Below, piece by piece: positions 1-9,100 of a stretch of DNA of 24,000 nt. Every line of letters starts with the position of its first letter. Position 1 is the stretch's first letter. A program made the translations under genes and the position numbers. The notes below the pieces were generated by a model, which was not told where the DNA came from, ran no database searches, and saw only the letters and a program-made list of their open reading frames with translations. Where the stretch lies: positions 1-24,000 of the forward strand of contig JBCDJC010000040.1 of assembly GCA_038748225.1 (NCBI GenBank), given 5' to 3'. This DNA is from Cyanobacteria bacterium P01_H01_bin.26 (GTDB taxonomy: Bacteria; Cyanobacteriota; Cyanobacteriia; Phormidesmidales; Phormidesmidaceae).

Positions 1-151
1 AGACTTTAGACCAGTTTTTGTATTTTCTCGAACGTCCCCTTAGAACTGCCCTTGTGACACTGCATCCATTACCTAATTTTCAGCTAAAAAAGCTGCGTTG
101 AGAAAATTTCTTCTCTATGCATTAATGATAGCTGAAACCCTCGCTATCAAA

Positions 152-211
152 CGGAGAGGGGGGGTTTCGAACCCCCGATGAACCGAAGCCCATAATAGAT
201 TTCGAGTCTAT
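152..211 (-). tRNA. Partial tRNA-Ser(CGA)-like sequence covering only the anticodon arm through the 3' acceptor strand; possible att-site remnant or pseudo-tRNA
   Basis: Read on the minus strand. Anticodon arm ATAGA-CTCGAAA-TCTAT (211-195, anticodon CGA). Long variable region. Canonical T-arm GGGGG-TTCGAAA-CCCCC (176-160). 3' acceptor strand CCTCTCC plus discriminator G (159-152). No matching 5' acceptor strand (GGAGAGG) or D-arm was found at higher coordinates. Instead, an 11-bp inverted repeat (207-217 / 229-239) abuts it. Confidence 0.45.
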
Positions 212-346
212 AAAGGCGGTAGTTAAAAGCCTTTATAGATAAGGGTTTTAGAAATCTACTTAGTTCGTTTCCCCAGAACTTCCCCCAGGTGGATCTATTC
301 TACACTGCTGGTTTCCTGGGCTGAGTGGGGGTGAGTGGTTATGGCT

Positions 347-727
347 TTAGTATTCGCGGATGGTGAAGATCTGCTGACTGGATTTGGGTTGGTTTTGCTT
401 TAGAACCCTTATAAGGCGATTGGTGAGGCTGGTTTGGGTTTCTAAGTAGGTGTGTAAAGTCTGGACCTGATCGGTGTAGTTACGGTCGTCTTTGCAGATG
501 ATGATGCCGTTGTGGTTGATATTACTGCGGTAGAGCTGAATGAAGTCTTGGCGGTTGAGGGTGATGACGACTCGATTATTTTGGGTGGCGTAGGTTAGGA
601 CGTCTGCGTCGGGGATGCCTTGGTTGGCCTGGCCTGCGTCGTAGGAGGTGAGGACGTTGTAGCCGAGGTTGCGAAGGAGGACGACCATGTCGATGGGGAA
701 GTTTTCGTTGGAGTAGAGGTCAACCAC
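347..727 (-). CDS. DUF5615-family PIN-like (Mut7-C-type) putative toxin
   Basis: 126-aa ORF. N-terminus LYSNENFPIDMVVLLRNLGYNV and DADVLTYATQNNRVVITLNRQDF match the DUF5615 pattern. The GTG start overlaps the stop of the upstream DUF433 gene by 8 nt, giving the classic DUF433/DUF5615 pairing. Confidence 0.8.
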   Translation of the reverse strand: MVDLYSNENFPIDMVVLLRNLGYNVLTSYDAGQANQGIPDADVLTYATQNNRVVITLNRQDFIQLYRSNINHNGIIICKDDRNYTDQVQTLHTYLETQTSLTNRLIRVLKQNQPKSSQQIFTIREY

Positions 728-1052
728 GGGCTAGGTCGTCGGTGTCATCGGTGGAGATGATTTGGTCGATTTCGTGTTGGTTGTCTTGGTAGTAGGCCCA
801 GGCGGCATCGAGGTCGGCGGGGATGAGACTGGGGTAGTTGCGGAGGAGTTCTTCGGTATTGGCTCCTTGTTGATGGAAGGATACGAGGGTCCAGACGGGG
901 ATACGGGTGTTGCGGATGCGGGCGTGGCCACCGCAGACGCCGGGGGTTTTCTGGATAGTGCGGGCTTGGAGTTTGGTGCGCAGCAGCTTGTTTTCCTCGG
1001 GGGTGAGGGAGTCGATGACTTGGATAAGGGAGTCGATCAGCTGGGTGTTCAT
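720..1052 (-). CDS. DUF433-domain putative antitoxin
   Basis: The C-terminal 110 aa of the 173-aa ORF (MNTQLIDSLIQ...GVCGGHARIRNTRIPVWTLVSFHQQGANTEELLRNYPSLIPADLDAAWAYY) match DUF433. I chose the internal ATG at 1050-1052. The longer N-terminal extension is low-complexity and overlaps the upstream gene's 3' end. Confidence 0.8.
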   Translation of the reverse strand: MNTQLIDSLIQVIDSLTPEENKLLRTKLQARTIQKTPGVCGGHARIRNTRIPVWTLVSFHQQGANTEELLRNYPSLIPADLDAAWAYYQDNQHEIDQIISTDDTDDLARG

Positions 1053-1120
1053 GGGATACTCCACAGCACTAGTTTGATTGGGTGTATTGCTATGTATGGC
1101 TTTCAAATGATAACGGGATT

Positions 1121-2107
1121 TTATGGAGCCTGGGGCGCTGGTGGTTGAGTCCGTGGTCCATTGGGGCCGATTTCTAGGTGCCATTCGGGGTGGTTTTGGA
1201 TGGCGGTACGGACGCCTTTGCGGCAGGTGGGATTTTGCCAAAGCATCTGGTAGCGCTGTAGTCGCTGGTCTGGGGTTTCCTCATTGAGGGGAATGGGGGT
1301 GAGACGTTGTTCAACTTGGCGCTGGCTTTCGAGCCATTGCAGGTATTCGGTGTAGAGGCGATTGCCGTATTTACGGATCCAGCCTTGAGCGGCGCTTTGT
1401 TTGGAGGCGGGTGGCTCAGGGAGTCGGGGTATTTTGTGTCTTATTACAAAGGCGAAAAAATCGGGGTCGTCCTCGGCGGAAAAGTCCACCCATTGCTGAG
1501 GTCCGGGAAGTGATGCCTCACCCGTTTGAGAATGCTCAGGTGCATCTAGGGATAGCGTGATTTCTTGGCTATTGGACTGCTCTAGCTCTGAGGAAAGCGA
1601 AGCGATTTTCTCTCTCTTTTTTAAAGAAGAGTTGGAAGGAAGTTGAGAAGGATCTGGGGAATTGGGAAATGCTTGCTGGGATTCGGTTTTGGCGACTGAC
1701 TGTGTCTGAGTTGTCTCAGGGTGTGACAGATCGATCGCTCTAGGTGACAGACCTGTCACAGGTGAGTCAATTTGACTCAGGGTGGGAACGCGCAGATTAA
1801 CGCTACCTTTAATATGTTCTTCTAGCTTGTCGTTGGCGATCAATTCGGCTTTGGCTCGATAAAAGGTACGACGGTTGATGTGCCATTCGCGGCAGAACTG
1901 GGAAACGTTTTCGACACGGAACCACCAGCCTTGTTTTCTGAGGGCAAGGATGAGGTGGTAGAGGTACCCAGCGGGAGTGTAGAAATGGTCGAGCCAGTTT
2001 TGGTGGACGGCCTCTGGGGTGAGTCTGAGGTGTGAGCGGGTAGTGTTTTTTGCAGGCTGCAGACTCTGTCCTCCGTCGTAGGCACTCGGAGAATTTTCTG
2101 TCATCAT
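1121..2107 (-). CDS. Hypothetical winged-helix DNA-binding protein; possible plasmid replication or maintenance protein
   Basis: Long ORF with the HTH-like stretch WWFRVENVSQFCREWHINRRTFYRAKAELIAN. Start placed at MMTENS (2105-2107) because a strong hairpin occupies 2128-2158. The functional call is only by analogy to plasmid-borne wHTH proteins. Confidence 0.6.
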   Translation of the reverse strand: MMTENSPSAYDGGQSLQPAKNTTRSHLRLTPEAVHQNWLDHFYTPAGYLYHLILALRKQGWWFRVENVSQFCREWHINRRTFYRAKAELIANDKLEEHIKGSVNLRVPTLSQIDSPVTGLSPRAIDLSHPETTQTQSVAKTESQQAFPNSPDPSQLPSNSSLKKREKIASLSSELEQSNSQEITLSLDAPEHSQTGEASLPGPQQWVDFSAEDDPDFFAFVIRHKIPRLPEPPASKQSAAQGWIRKYGNRLYTEYLQWLESQRQVEQRLTPIPLNEETPDQRLQRYQMLWQNPTCRKGVRTAIQNHPEWHLEIGPNGPRTQPPAPQAP

Positions 2108-2182
2108 AGGACTAGTTAAATTTACGGATGCCCCGGAGCTGTGCAAGGCGTGGGGCATTTTTTTATGGAATTTGCTGGATAG

Positions 2183-2353
2183 CTAGGCGGCTCGTTCTTG
2201 GCGGTTGAGCAGGCTTTCGAGGGCTTCCTCAATCAGGTCTGAGAGTGAGCGTTTTTGTTGGATTGCGCTGATTTGTGCCCGCTGCTTAAGCTCGGGCGTC
2301 ATGCGGATAGTGAGGTTTTGCCGAGGGGGGTTCGGCTGAGGGGCGCTTTTCAT
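2183..2353 (-). CDS. Ribbon-helix-helix (CopG/Arc-like) small DNA-binding protein, 56 aa
   Basis: Not in the ORF track because it is under 60 aa. My translation is MKSAPQPNPPRQNLTIRMTPELKQRAQISAIQQKRSLSDLIEEALESLLNRQERAA. NLTIRMTPEL forms the beta-strand, followed by two helices, which is typical of RHH. It is transcribed divergently from the XRE gene. Confidence 0.6.
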   Translation of the reverse strand: MKSAPQPNPPRQNLTIRMTPELKQRAQISAIQQKRSLSDLIEEALESLLNRQERAA

Positions 2354-2462
2354 GACCGATGCATAAATCTAATTTGTCCGACTGATCAATCATGTTAATT
2401 ATGAGTGATTATTTGGTCAAGCAATTATGTGATGTCTGGCTTTATTATTTGGAGGTCAATCT

Positions 2463-2936
2463 TTGAAAGTTCGTAAAAAGTCGGCTGTAGCGTTTGTGGA
2501 CGAAGGGTTTTTGAAGCGATTGGGTGAGGTGGTGCATGAAATTCGTGGCGATCAATCGCAGCGGCAGTTTGCGCGGACGATGCAGGTGTCGCAGTCTACG
2601 GTGCAGCAGTGGGAGAATGGTCGAAATGTGCCGAGTTTGGAGAATTTGGAGAAGATTGCTCGGTTGAAGGGGATGCTGGTAGAGGATTTTATTGCTTATC
2701 TGTATGGTCGTAGCCATGGGCCGACGCGAACTGACATCATGGCGCGGGTTGGGGTGATGAAGGCAGAGGATTTTGGTCAGATCTTGCATATTATTGGGGA
2801 TCGGCTTGCGCCGCCTGCTGAGGAGAAGCCGCCGGGAAAGCCGAAAGCCAAGAGTAAGAAGACATCCGCAAAGAAAGTGCGGGTGCCATTAACGCTGGAG
2901 TTAAGTAAACGTACGGAAATGAATTCTGGAGGATGA
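2463..2936 (+). CDS. XRE/Cro-C1-type HTH transcriptional regulator with a lysine-rich C-terminal tail
   Basis: RGDQSQRQFARTMQVSQSTVQQWENGRNVPSLENLEKIARL is a canonical HTH_XRE motif. TTG start preceded by GGAGG (2451-2455). Only a 10-nt gap to the next gene. Confidence 0.8.
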   Translation: MKVRKKSAVAFVDEGFLKRLGEVVHEIRGDQSQRQFARTMQVSQSTVQQWENGRNVPSLENLEKIARLKGMLVEDFIAYLYGRSHGPTRTDIMARVGVMKAEDFGQILHIIGDRLAPPAEEKPPGKPKAKSKKTSAKKVRVPLTLELSKRTEMNSGG

Positions 2937-2946
2937 AGCAAGTTTT

Positions 2947-3273
2947 ATGACTCAAAAGAAGAAACTGGCTGAATTTACATTGGCAGATGGGGAGACCACT
3001 TTTTTAGTGGAGGTGCCTGAGCCGATTAATGAAGATGTAGTAGAAGAAGTTTCTGTCTTGGATGAGCCTCTACTCAAGGCTAAGGAATCATTTGAGGCGG
3101 CCTTGGATAAAGTGATTCCAGTGGCGTCTGCGGCCATGGGTAGGTTAAAGAAAGCTTCGGCAGACGAGGTAGAGGTGAAATTTGGCCTAAATCTGAGTGC
3201 GGATGCTGGGGTGATTTTTTCGAGTGTGGGTAGCGAAGTGACATTTGAGATCACGATGAAGTGGGGAAAATAG
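2947..3273 (+). CDS. Small Trypco2-like (trypsin co-occurring, CU044_2847-like) protein
   Basis: 108 aa. C-terminus VEVKFGLNLSADAGVIFSSVGSEVTFEITMKWGK matches my memory of the trypsin-co-occurring domain 2 family. It sits 14 nt upstream of a trypsin-like protease gene. Confidence 0.7.
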   Translation: MTQKKKLAEFTLADGETTFLVEVPEPINEDVVEEVSVLDEPLLKAKESFEAALDKVIPVASAAMGRLKKASADEVEVKFGLNLSADAGVIFSSVGSEVTFEITMKWGK

Positions 3274-3287
3274 GCAGATAGAACTCT

Positions 3288-5117
3288 ATGGCAGACGGTG
3301 GTAGGAGACTAGATCAGGCTTATAAGTGTGCGATCGCACGCATCCACGGCAAAAGTAACAAGGTGATTGGTACTGGCTTTTTGGTGGACGGTGGTGTGAT
3401 TACCTGCGCCCATGTGGTTCGGGATGCGCTACGGCTGGGTCGCGGTCAGACGCCTGCCCAGGGCTCTAAGGTTATGATTAGCTTTCCGTTTTCTGTATCA
3501 AAGCGACCGATATCGGCTGAGGTAAAAATTTATCGATACTACAAAGAAGAAGACCAGCACCGGGAAGACGTAGCAGGACTGATTTTATTGGAGCCTTTGC
3601 CGGAGAGAACCAGCCCTATCCGACGGATTGAAGGTTATGGTCTGGAAAATTCCTTTCGAGTGTATGGATTTCCTGAGAAGCGAGCAGCTGGGCGAGAGGC
3701 GACGGGACGGTTTATGACCGATCTGGCGGACGGTCTAGTGCAGATTATTGGTAAGGATGGGTTTTCGATTCAGGCTGGTTTTAGTGGTTCTGCAATCTGG
3801 GATGAGCAGGTCGCTGCGGTGGTTGGGATGACTGTGGCGGTGGAGACGGAGGAACAGAACTCGGATATTGGATTTATGGTTCCAGCTTTGCCGCTGGTGG
3901 AGGTGCAGCGAAAGTTAGAATGTTTGGTGTTGGAGTATTTGCTAACGGTAGACGACGAGGGGCTGGCGGCGCAGATAAACGCAGCGACTGCCCAAGCCTA
4001 TGGGCTGAGTTGCCCTGATGGCTGGATAGTGCCTGACGGCATTGAATCAAAGTTAATCGGTCTGCAAGATGTGCAACTGGCTGAAAATGAGTATGAGGCC
4101 ATTTACCGATTCGCAGCTTTGCTAACCCAGCCTGAGCTAGGTCTGGAGCAAGACCTACGGGACCGGATTCAACAATGGGTGGAGCCCAAGGTTGAGAATT
4201 TCCAGAATTTATTAGACCAGGTTCAAGCTCAGCTGGCTGATCTATCAGAAAGCCAAGAGACTGATGCAGAGTCTTTATTACTGATTACGGTGAAGCCTGT
4301 TTCTGGAGATGAATATCCGGTACAGGCTCTGTTTATGCCAGATGTAAGTCAGTATCAGCCTGAGTTTGGCATGGGTGGACAACCGGTACAGGCTCCGAAA
4401 GCTAATAAATTTGGCGAGAATGTGACAGCCGACACCTTATCAAGTTTGGTCCGTGCCTGTGTTGCGGAAGTGACCCAGAAGGCCCCTCAGAGCCTGATGA
4501 TTCATCTGATTTTGCCATTGGATTTAATTCATCAGACGTGCGATCGCACCATCATTGAAAAAGCAGCCTATGATTTTCTGCCTGATGTTTGCATCGGCAT
4601 GCAATACCGCTTTGTAGTTCGCATAGCAGAGCGGCTGGAGCCGCAGCTGTGGAATCTCTTTAGTGTGAACTGGCAAAAAAAATGGACAGCACTACAAAAA
4701 CTGGCAGCAGGTAAGGGATGTAAAGTATTTATTCCAGGTGACAGTTTAGACCCTAAGACGGCCTTATTCTCAAAGCTCAACCATACCGATAGTTTGGGCC
4801 TAAAGCTAGCCAGTGTTTGTAACAATGCTTCCTACCGTGACATTTTTGGATCGGTGATTGCTGCGGGGGTACCAGCAGCGATTTGGTTACGGTCGGATGA
4901 GTTTTCCGATGGACTGGTGGCTATGGATGAAATCGACGGTCTACTGACCTGTAAAATTGCTAGGCTACCGCAGGCAATCCAGCAGGCTCGCTCTGATGCT
5001 ATGGCCGAGGCTGAGGATGCTCACATTGGTCATCATCTGTCTTTTTTATGGGATGACCCTACGCTCATTCCACCCAGTGCCCATCCCAATAATCAAATGT
5101 CTCTTGGAATGAAATAA
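3288..5117 (+). CDS. Trypsin-like serine protease fused to a VMAP-type (vWA-MoxR-associated protein) C-terminal region
   Basis: The N-terminal ~200 aa carry candidate catalytic-triad contexts: GTGFLVDGGVITCAHVV (His), EDVAGLILLE (Asp), GFSGSAIWD (Ser). The remaining ~400 aa are non-catalytic and lie immediately (2-nt gap) upstream of a MoxR ATPase gene, as in ternary vWA-MoxR-VMAP systems. Confidence 0.8.
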   Translation: MADGGRRLDQAYKCAIARIHGKSNKVIGTGFLVDGGVITCAHVVRDALRLGRGQTPAQGSKVMISFPFSVSKRPISAEVKIYRYYKEEDQHREDVAGLILLEPLPERTSPIRRIEGYGLENSFRVYGFPEKRAAGREATGRFMTDLADGLVQIIGKDGFSIQAGFSGSAIWDEQVAAVVGMTVAVETEEQNSDIGFMVPALPLVEVQRKLECLVLEYLLTVDDEGLAAQINAATAQAYGLSCPDGWIVPDGIESKLIGLQDVQLAENEYEAIYRFAALLTQPELGLEQDLRDRIQQWVEPKVENFQNLLDQVQAQLADLSESQETDAESLLLITVKPVSGDEYPVQALFMPDVSQYQPEFGMGGQPVQAPKANKFGENVTADTLSSLVRACVAEVTQKAPQSLMIHLILPLDLIHQTCDRTIIEKAAYDFLPDVCIGMQYRFVVRIAERLEPQLWNLFSVNWQKKWTALQKLAAGKGCKVFIPGDSLDPKTALFSKLNHTDSLGLKLASVCNNASYRDIFGSVIAAGVPAAIWLRSDEFSDGLVAMDEIDGLLTCKIARLPQAIQQARSDAMAEAEDAHIGHHLSFLWDDPTLIPPSAHPNNQMSLGMK

Positions 5118-5119
5118 CG

Positions 5120-6154
5120 ATGGCTGAAAAAGCTAACTGGCGAATTTTCCAGGGAAACCGAAAGCCCCAACAGGATGGGGACTATATCACCAAGCATCTG
5201 CCAGATCCGCCGGGATGGCGGCCCTTTGGTGGTGAGCACGCTGACAGTGTGGCCACTCTGAAAAAGCAGCAACGCGGGGCCACGTTTCAGGCAACGGATG
5301 ATGAAATCGATATGGTGAACGCGGCGTTGTATCTGCGGAGACCGTTGTTGATTACAGGCAAACCTGGCACTGGTAAAACGTCTTTGGCCTATGCAGTAGC
5401 CCACGAGCTTAACTTAGGCGAAGTACTATACTGGCCCATCACCACCCGTACTACCCGAAAAGAAGGACTTTATAGCTATGACGCTATTGCCCGTTTGCAA
5501 GATGCGCAGCTGGAGCGAGAAAAAGACATTGGCAGCTACATTACCCTTGGCCCTCTGGGTACCGCTCTGTTGCCAACGGACCACCCAAAGCGGCCACGGG
5601 TTTTATTGATCGATGAGATCGACAAGAGTGATATTGATCTCCCCAACGACCTGCTGCACCTGTTTGAAGATGGAGAGTTTGATATTCCTGAGGTGCTGCG
5701 GATGGCGGAGACACTTAAGGAGTCTGACACCACTGTGAAGATCCGTACAGCCTACAGTGAGCCGGACGAAACTCAGTTTGTAGAAACCCAGACGGGGCGG
5801 TTTCGCTGTGGGGCATTTCCTTTTGTGGTGTTGACCAGCAACGGTGAACGAGACTTTCCACCTGCATTTTTGCGGCGCTGTCTGCGGCTGAATATGGGTG
5901 AGCCAGATCCAGCGCGGCTCAAGAAAATTGTGGAAGCTCATCTAGGTCTGGACCTGGACGATAAGGATAAGGTGGACGCTGCCGAGGAACTGATTAAACA
6001 ATTTTGCCAGCGAGCGAAAAAGGGTGACCTGGCTACAGACCAGCTGCTGAATGCAGTGTATTTTGTGACACGGGAGCGGGTACCGGAGCAAAAAACACGG
6101 GATGCCCTAGTGGCTAAGCTGATGAAGTATCTCTCGAGTACTGAGGATGCATGA
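5120..6154 (+). CDS. MoxR-type AAA+ ATPase
   Basis: Walker A LITGKPGTGKTS, Walker B VLLIDEIDKSD, and downstream PPAFLRRCLRL. The stop overlaps the start of the next gene (ATGA at 6151-6154). Confidence 0.9.
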   Translation: MAEKANWRIFQGNRKPQQDGDYITKHLPDPPGWRPFGGEHADSVATLKKQQRGATFQATDDEIDMVNAALYLRRPLLITGKPGTGKTSLAYAVAHELNLGEVLYWPITTRTTRKEGLYSYDAIARLQDAQLEREKDIGSYITLGPLGTALLPTDHPKRPRVLLIDEIDKSDIDLPNDLLHLFEDGEFDIPEVLRMAETLKESDTTVKIRTAYSEPDETQFVETQTGRFRCGAFPFVVLTSNGERDFPPAFLRRCLRLNMGEPDPARLKKIVEAHLGLDLDDKDKVDAAEELIKQFCQRAKKGDLATDQLLNAVYFVTRERVPEQKTRDALVAKLMKYLSSTEDA

Positions 6155-9100
6155 GGTCTGATCGCCGTCCTGTCAAAGACCCTCAGGGAGTGGATGGATT
6201 TACCACGCTGTTGCGTCAGGCGGGGGTAGACTTTGGTGTGGAGGACCTGGCTGATGCCCTGTGGTTAGCCAAGTTTGTGGATGATCCAGGGGTAGATGAG
6301 GCCATACAGGCTGATGATCCAAATAAAGAGCAAGAAGGTCCCACTGTTCGCGAAGAATATTTAGAGCCTGAGGAAGACCTGGATCAGGATAATACGGCCC
6401 AGCTGAGCTTACCGTCGACTCAGGCAAAATCTCAAGGTGGCGAGAAGCCAGACGGTATCCCGATCAAGGCTCCAGCAGCCCCGGCACTGAGAATACGGCT
6501 AGACCTATCACGGGCGCTGCGACCATTGCGACGTATGGTGGACTCACCAGGTCGATTGATGTTTGATGAAGCGGCCACGGTAGAACAGATTGCCGATCAA
6601 CAGATTTGGTCGCCAGTGATGAAGCCTGCGCCAGAGCGATGGTTAGATGTGGCACTGGTGGTGGAAGAAACTCAAGCACTGTCAGTATGGAAAGAGACCA
6701 TTACCGAAGTGCAAACCCTGCTAGAGCGGCAGGGAGCTTTTCGGCAGGTGACCACCTGGCGACTAAAAGAACAAGGGGGTAAGTTGGCCCTGTTTCAACA
6801 TTGGCGGCGACCAGGTCAGCGACCTCGGCAGGCTAAGGACCTGTGGGATCCGTCTGGGCGGCGGTTGATTTTGTTGTTGAGTGATTGTACGTCAGTGGCC
6901 TGGCACGATGGCTCCATATTGACCTGGCTGCAAACCTGGAGCAAGCGCGCCCCGACTGCCATGATGCAGCTATTGCCCGAGAGGTTGTGGTCTCAGACAG
7001 GGCTGGGAGGGGGAGTGCCAGTGCAGCTAGGGGCCATTGAACCTGGCTGTGTAAATGAGCGACTGATGATGACCTATCGGTTACCAATCTACAAACAGTT
7101 ACTGGCAGGGATAGATACAGCAGACCGTGTGAAGTTACCCGTTGTGACTTTGCAGGCTCAGCCCCTGAAGCAGTGGGCCAAAGTGGTGGCAGGCAGTGGT
7201 GAGAGCTGGGCCACAGGCATGGTGTTTGATGGGGGAGAGAAGAAAAGAGAAGAGATAGTAGATAAAGGCCAAGGGATAGGCAAAATAGAGCCAGCACTAC
7301 GGGTGCAGCGGTTTCGGATGACGGCGTCGTTGATGGCGCAGGAACTGGCGGGGCTGATGTCCGTGGCTCCGGTAAGTCCCCCCATTGTGGATTTAATCCG
7401 GCAGACGCTGTTGCCTAGGGCGGAGCCGGTGCATGTGGCGGAAGTGTATATGGGAGGGCTGATGGAGCCCTCGCAGGCTAATGACCAGAGTGAAGTGACC
7501 TATGACTTTGATGATGAGGTGCGCAAGCTGTTGGCGAATTCAGTACCTCGGTCGGTGTCAAAGCATGTGTTAAATGCGGTGTCGGCTTACATCTCAGAGC
7601 GGTTGAATTTGAATACCCGCAGCTTTGAAGCGTTGCTGAGCGTTGACTTTGGAGATGATGTTGAAGCGGAGGGAATGGTGGTGCCCTTTGCCAGGGTAGC
7701 GGAACAAACCCTAAGGCGGATGGGGCGAGAGTATGCGGCGATCGCAGATCGAATACAGACGCGACCAAAGGTAGCATTACCGTCTGTTGAAGGGGATGCG
7801 AGTAATTGGGTGCCTCTATTACAGACATTCACGTTTAGAGAGGCGATGGTTGTTTTTGAAACTCAGTCAGAAACAACAGTAGAAAGGTCGTTAGAGGTGG
7901 CAGAGCCTGACGATGTAGAAGACGAAATTCAACGCTATGGGTTAACGCCTCGTGAAGCCGAGGTGTGGCGTTTGCGTAGGCAAGGACTTACTCATCAGGA
8001 AATCGCCCAGGAACTAGTTATTACAGCTAATACGGTTAAAAAACATGTCAATAATATTTTGTCTAAACAGCAGCTTGCGAGAGTACAGTCCAATGACGAT
8101 AATAAGCGTTATAGCTTAACTTCCCGTGAAGCAGATGTATGGCAGTTACGTCAGCGGGGAGCGACCTATCAAGAAATCGCTCAAGAACTGTTTATTTCAG
8201 TAAATACAGTCAAAAAACATCTCAAGAGTATTTTGGCTAAACGGCAATTCGTAGAGAAAAAAGAAGAACTAGCTGCTGAAAGTCAGCGATACGGATTTAC
8301 AGAGCGTGAGGCAGCCGTGTGGGAGCTGCATCAGTTTAATCATAACAAAGAGGAAATTGCTAAAGAACTTTACATTACTGTTGATACCGTTAGAAAGCAT
8401 TTAAGGAATATTCAAGCCAAACGTGAACAGGTTGAATCTCTCGGCGAAGATATGCGCTTTGAAAGATTCTCCTTTGAAACTGCTTACATAACTCTTGAGA
8501 AGACTGATGAGCAATCGCCGGAGCTGTTAATCACCTATCAAGAAAGTCATGGGAGGCAGTATATTGAAGGCCTAGGGAAAGACATTGAACTCCCAATGGT
8601 GTTACTTTCTGGTGGAACATTTGAAATGGGCTCGCCGGAGGATGAACAGGGATATGATCCTATGGACGGTCCACAGCATGTGGTTAGGGTACCTTCCTTC
8701 TTTATAGCCAAGTATCCTATTACTCAAGCTCAGTGGTGTGTGATTGCTGCGATGCCGCAGGTGAATCGTGAACTGGAGGCTGACCCGTCACATTTCAAGG
8801 GAGACAATTGCCCTGTTGAGAGTGTGAGCTGGTTTGATGCAGTAGAGTTTTGTGCGCGTCTCTCTAACCATACGGGGCGCGAATATCGCTTACCCACCGA
8901 AGCTGAATGGGAATATGCCTGTCGTGCCGGAACAACAACTCCATTCCATCTTGGTGAGACTATTACGGCAGACCTAGCAAATTATAATGCCACTGAAACT
9001 TTTGGTTCCGGTCCTGAGGGAGAATATCGAGAACAAACAACCGATGTAGCAAGCTTCCCAGCCAACGCCTTTGGCCTTTATGACATGCACGGCAATGTGT

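Noticed and set aside
1053-1241. N-terminal extension of the DUF433 ORF (MAKSHLPQRRPYRHPKPPR…), plus ORFs 731-931(-) and 762-1148(+)
   Set aside because: The translations are low-complexity and Pro/Thr/Gly-rich, and overlap the 3' end of the neighbouring gene or the DUF433 CDS. The recognisable DUF433 domain starts at the internal ATG at 1052.
2128-2164. Hairpin ATGCCCC-N17-GGGGCAT followed by a T-run, resembling an intrinsic terminator on the + strand
   Set aside because: No + strand gene ends upstream of it. On the minus strand, where the flanking RHH and wHTH genes lie, it is not followed by a U-tract. I used it only as an argument against the longer start at 2158 and did not call it a terminator.
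2445-2789. 114-aa minus-strand ORF antisense to the XRE regulator, with similar antisense ORFs inside 3288-9348 (4568-4825, 5093-5404, 5536-5941, 6200-7832) and inside 22068-23966
   Set aside because: Each lies entirely within, and antisense or out of frame to, a CDS with clear domain signatures. Their compositions are biased (Ser/Pro/Arg-rich), as is typical of non-coding frames.
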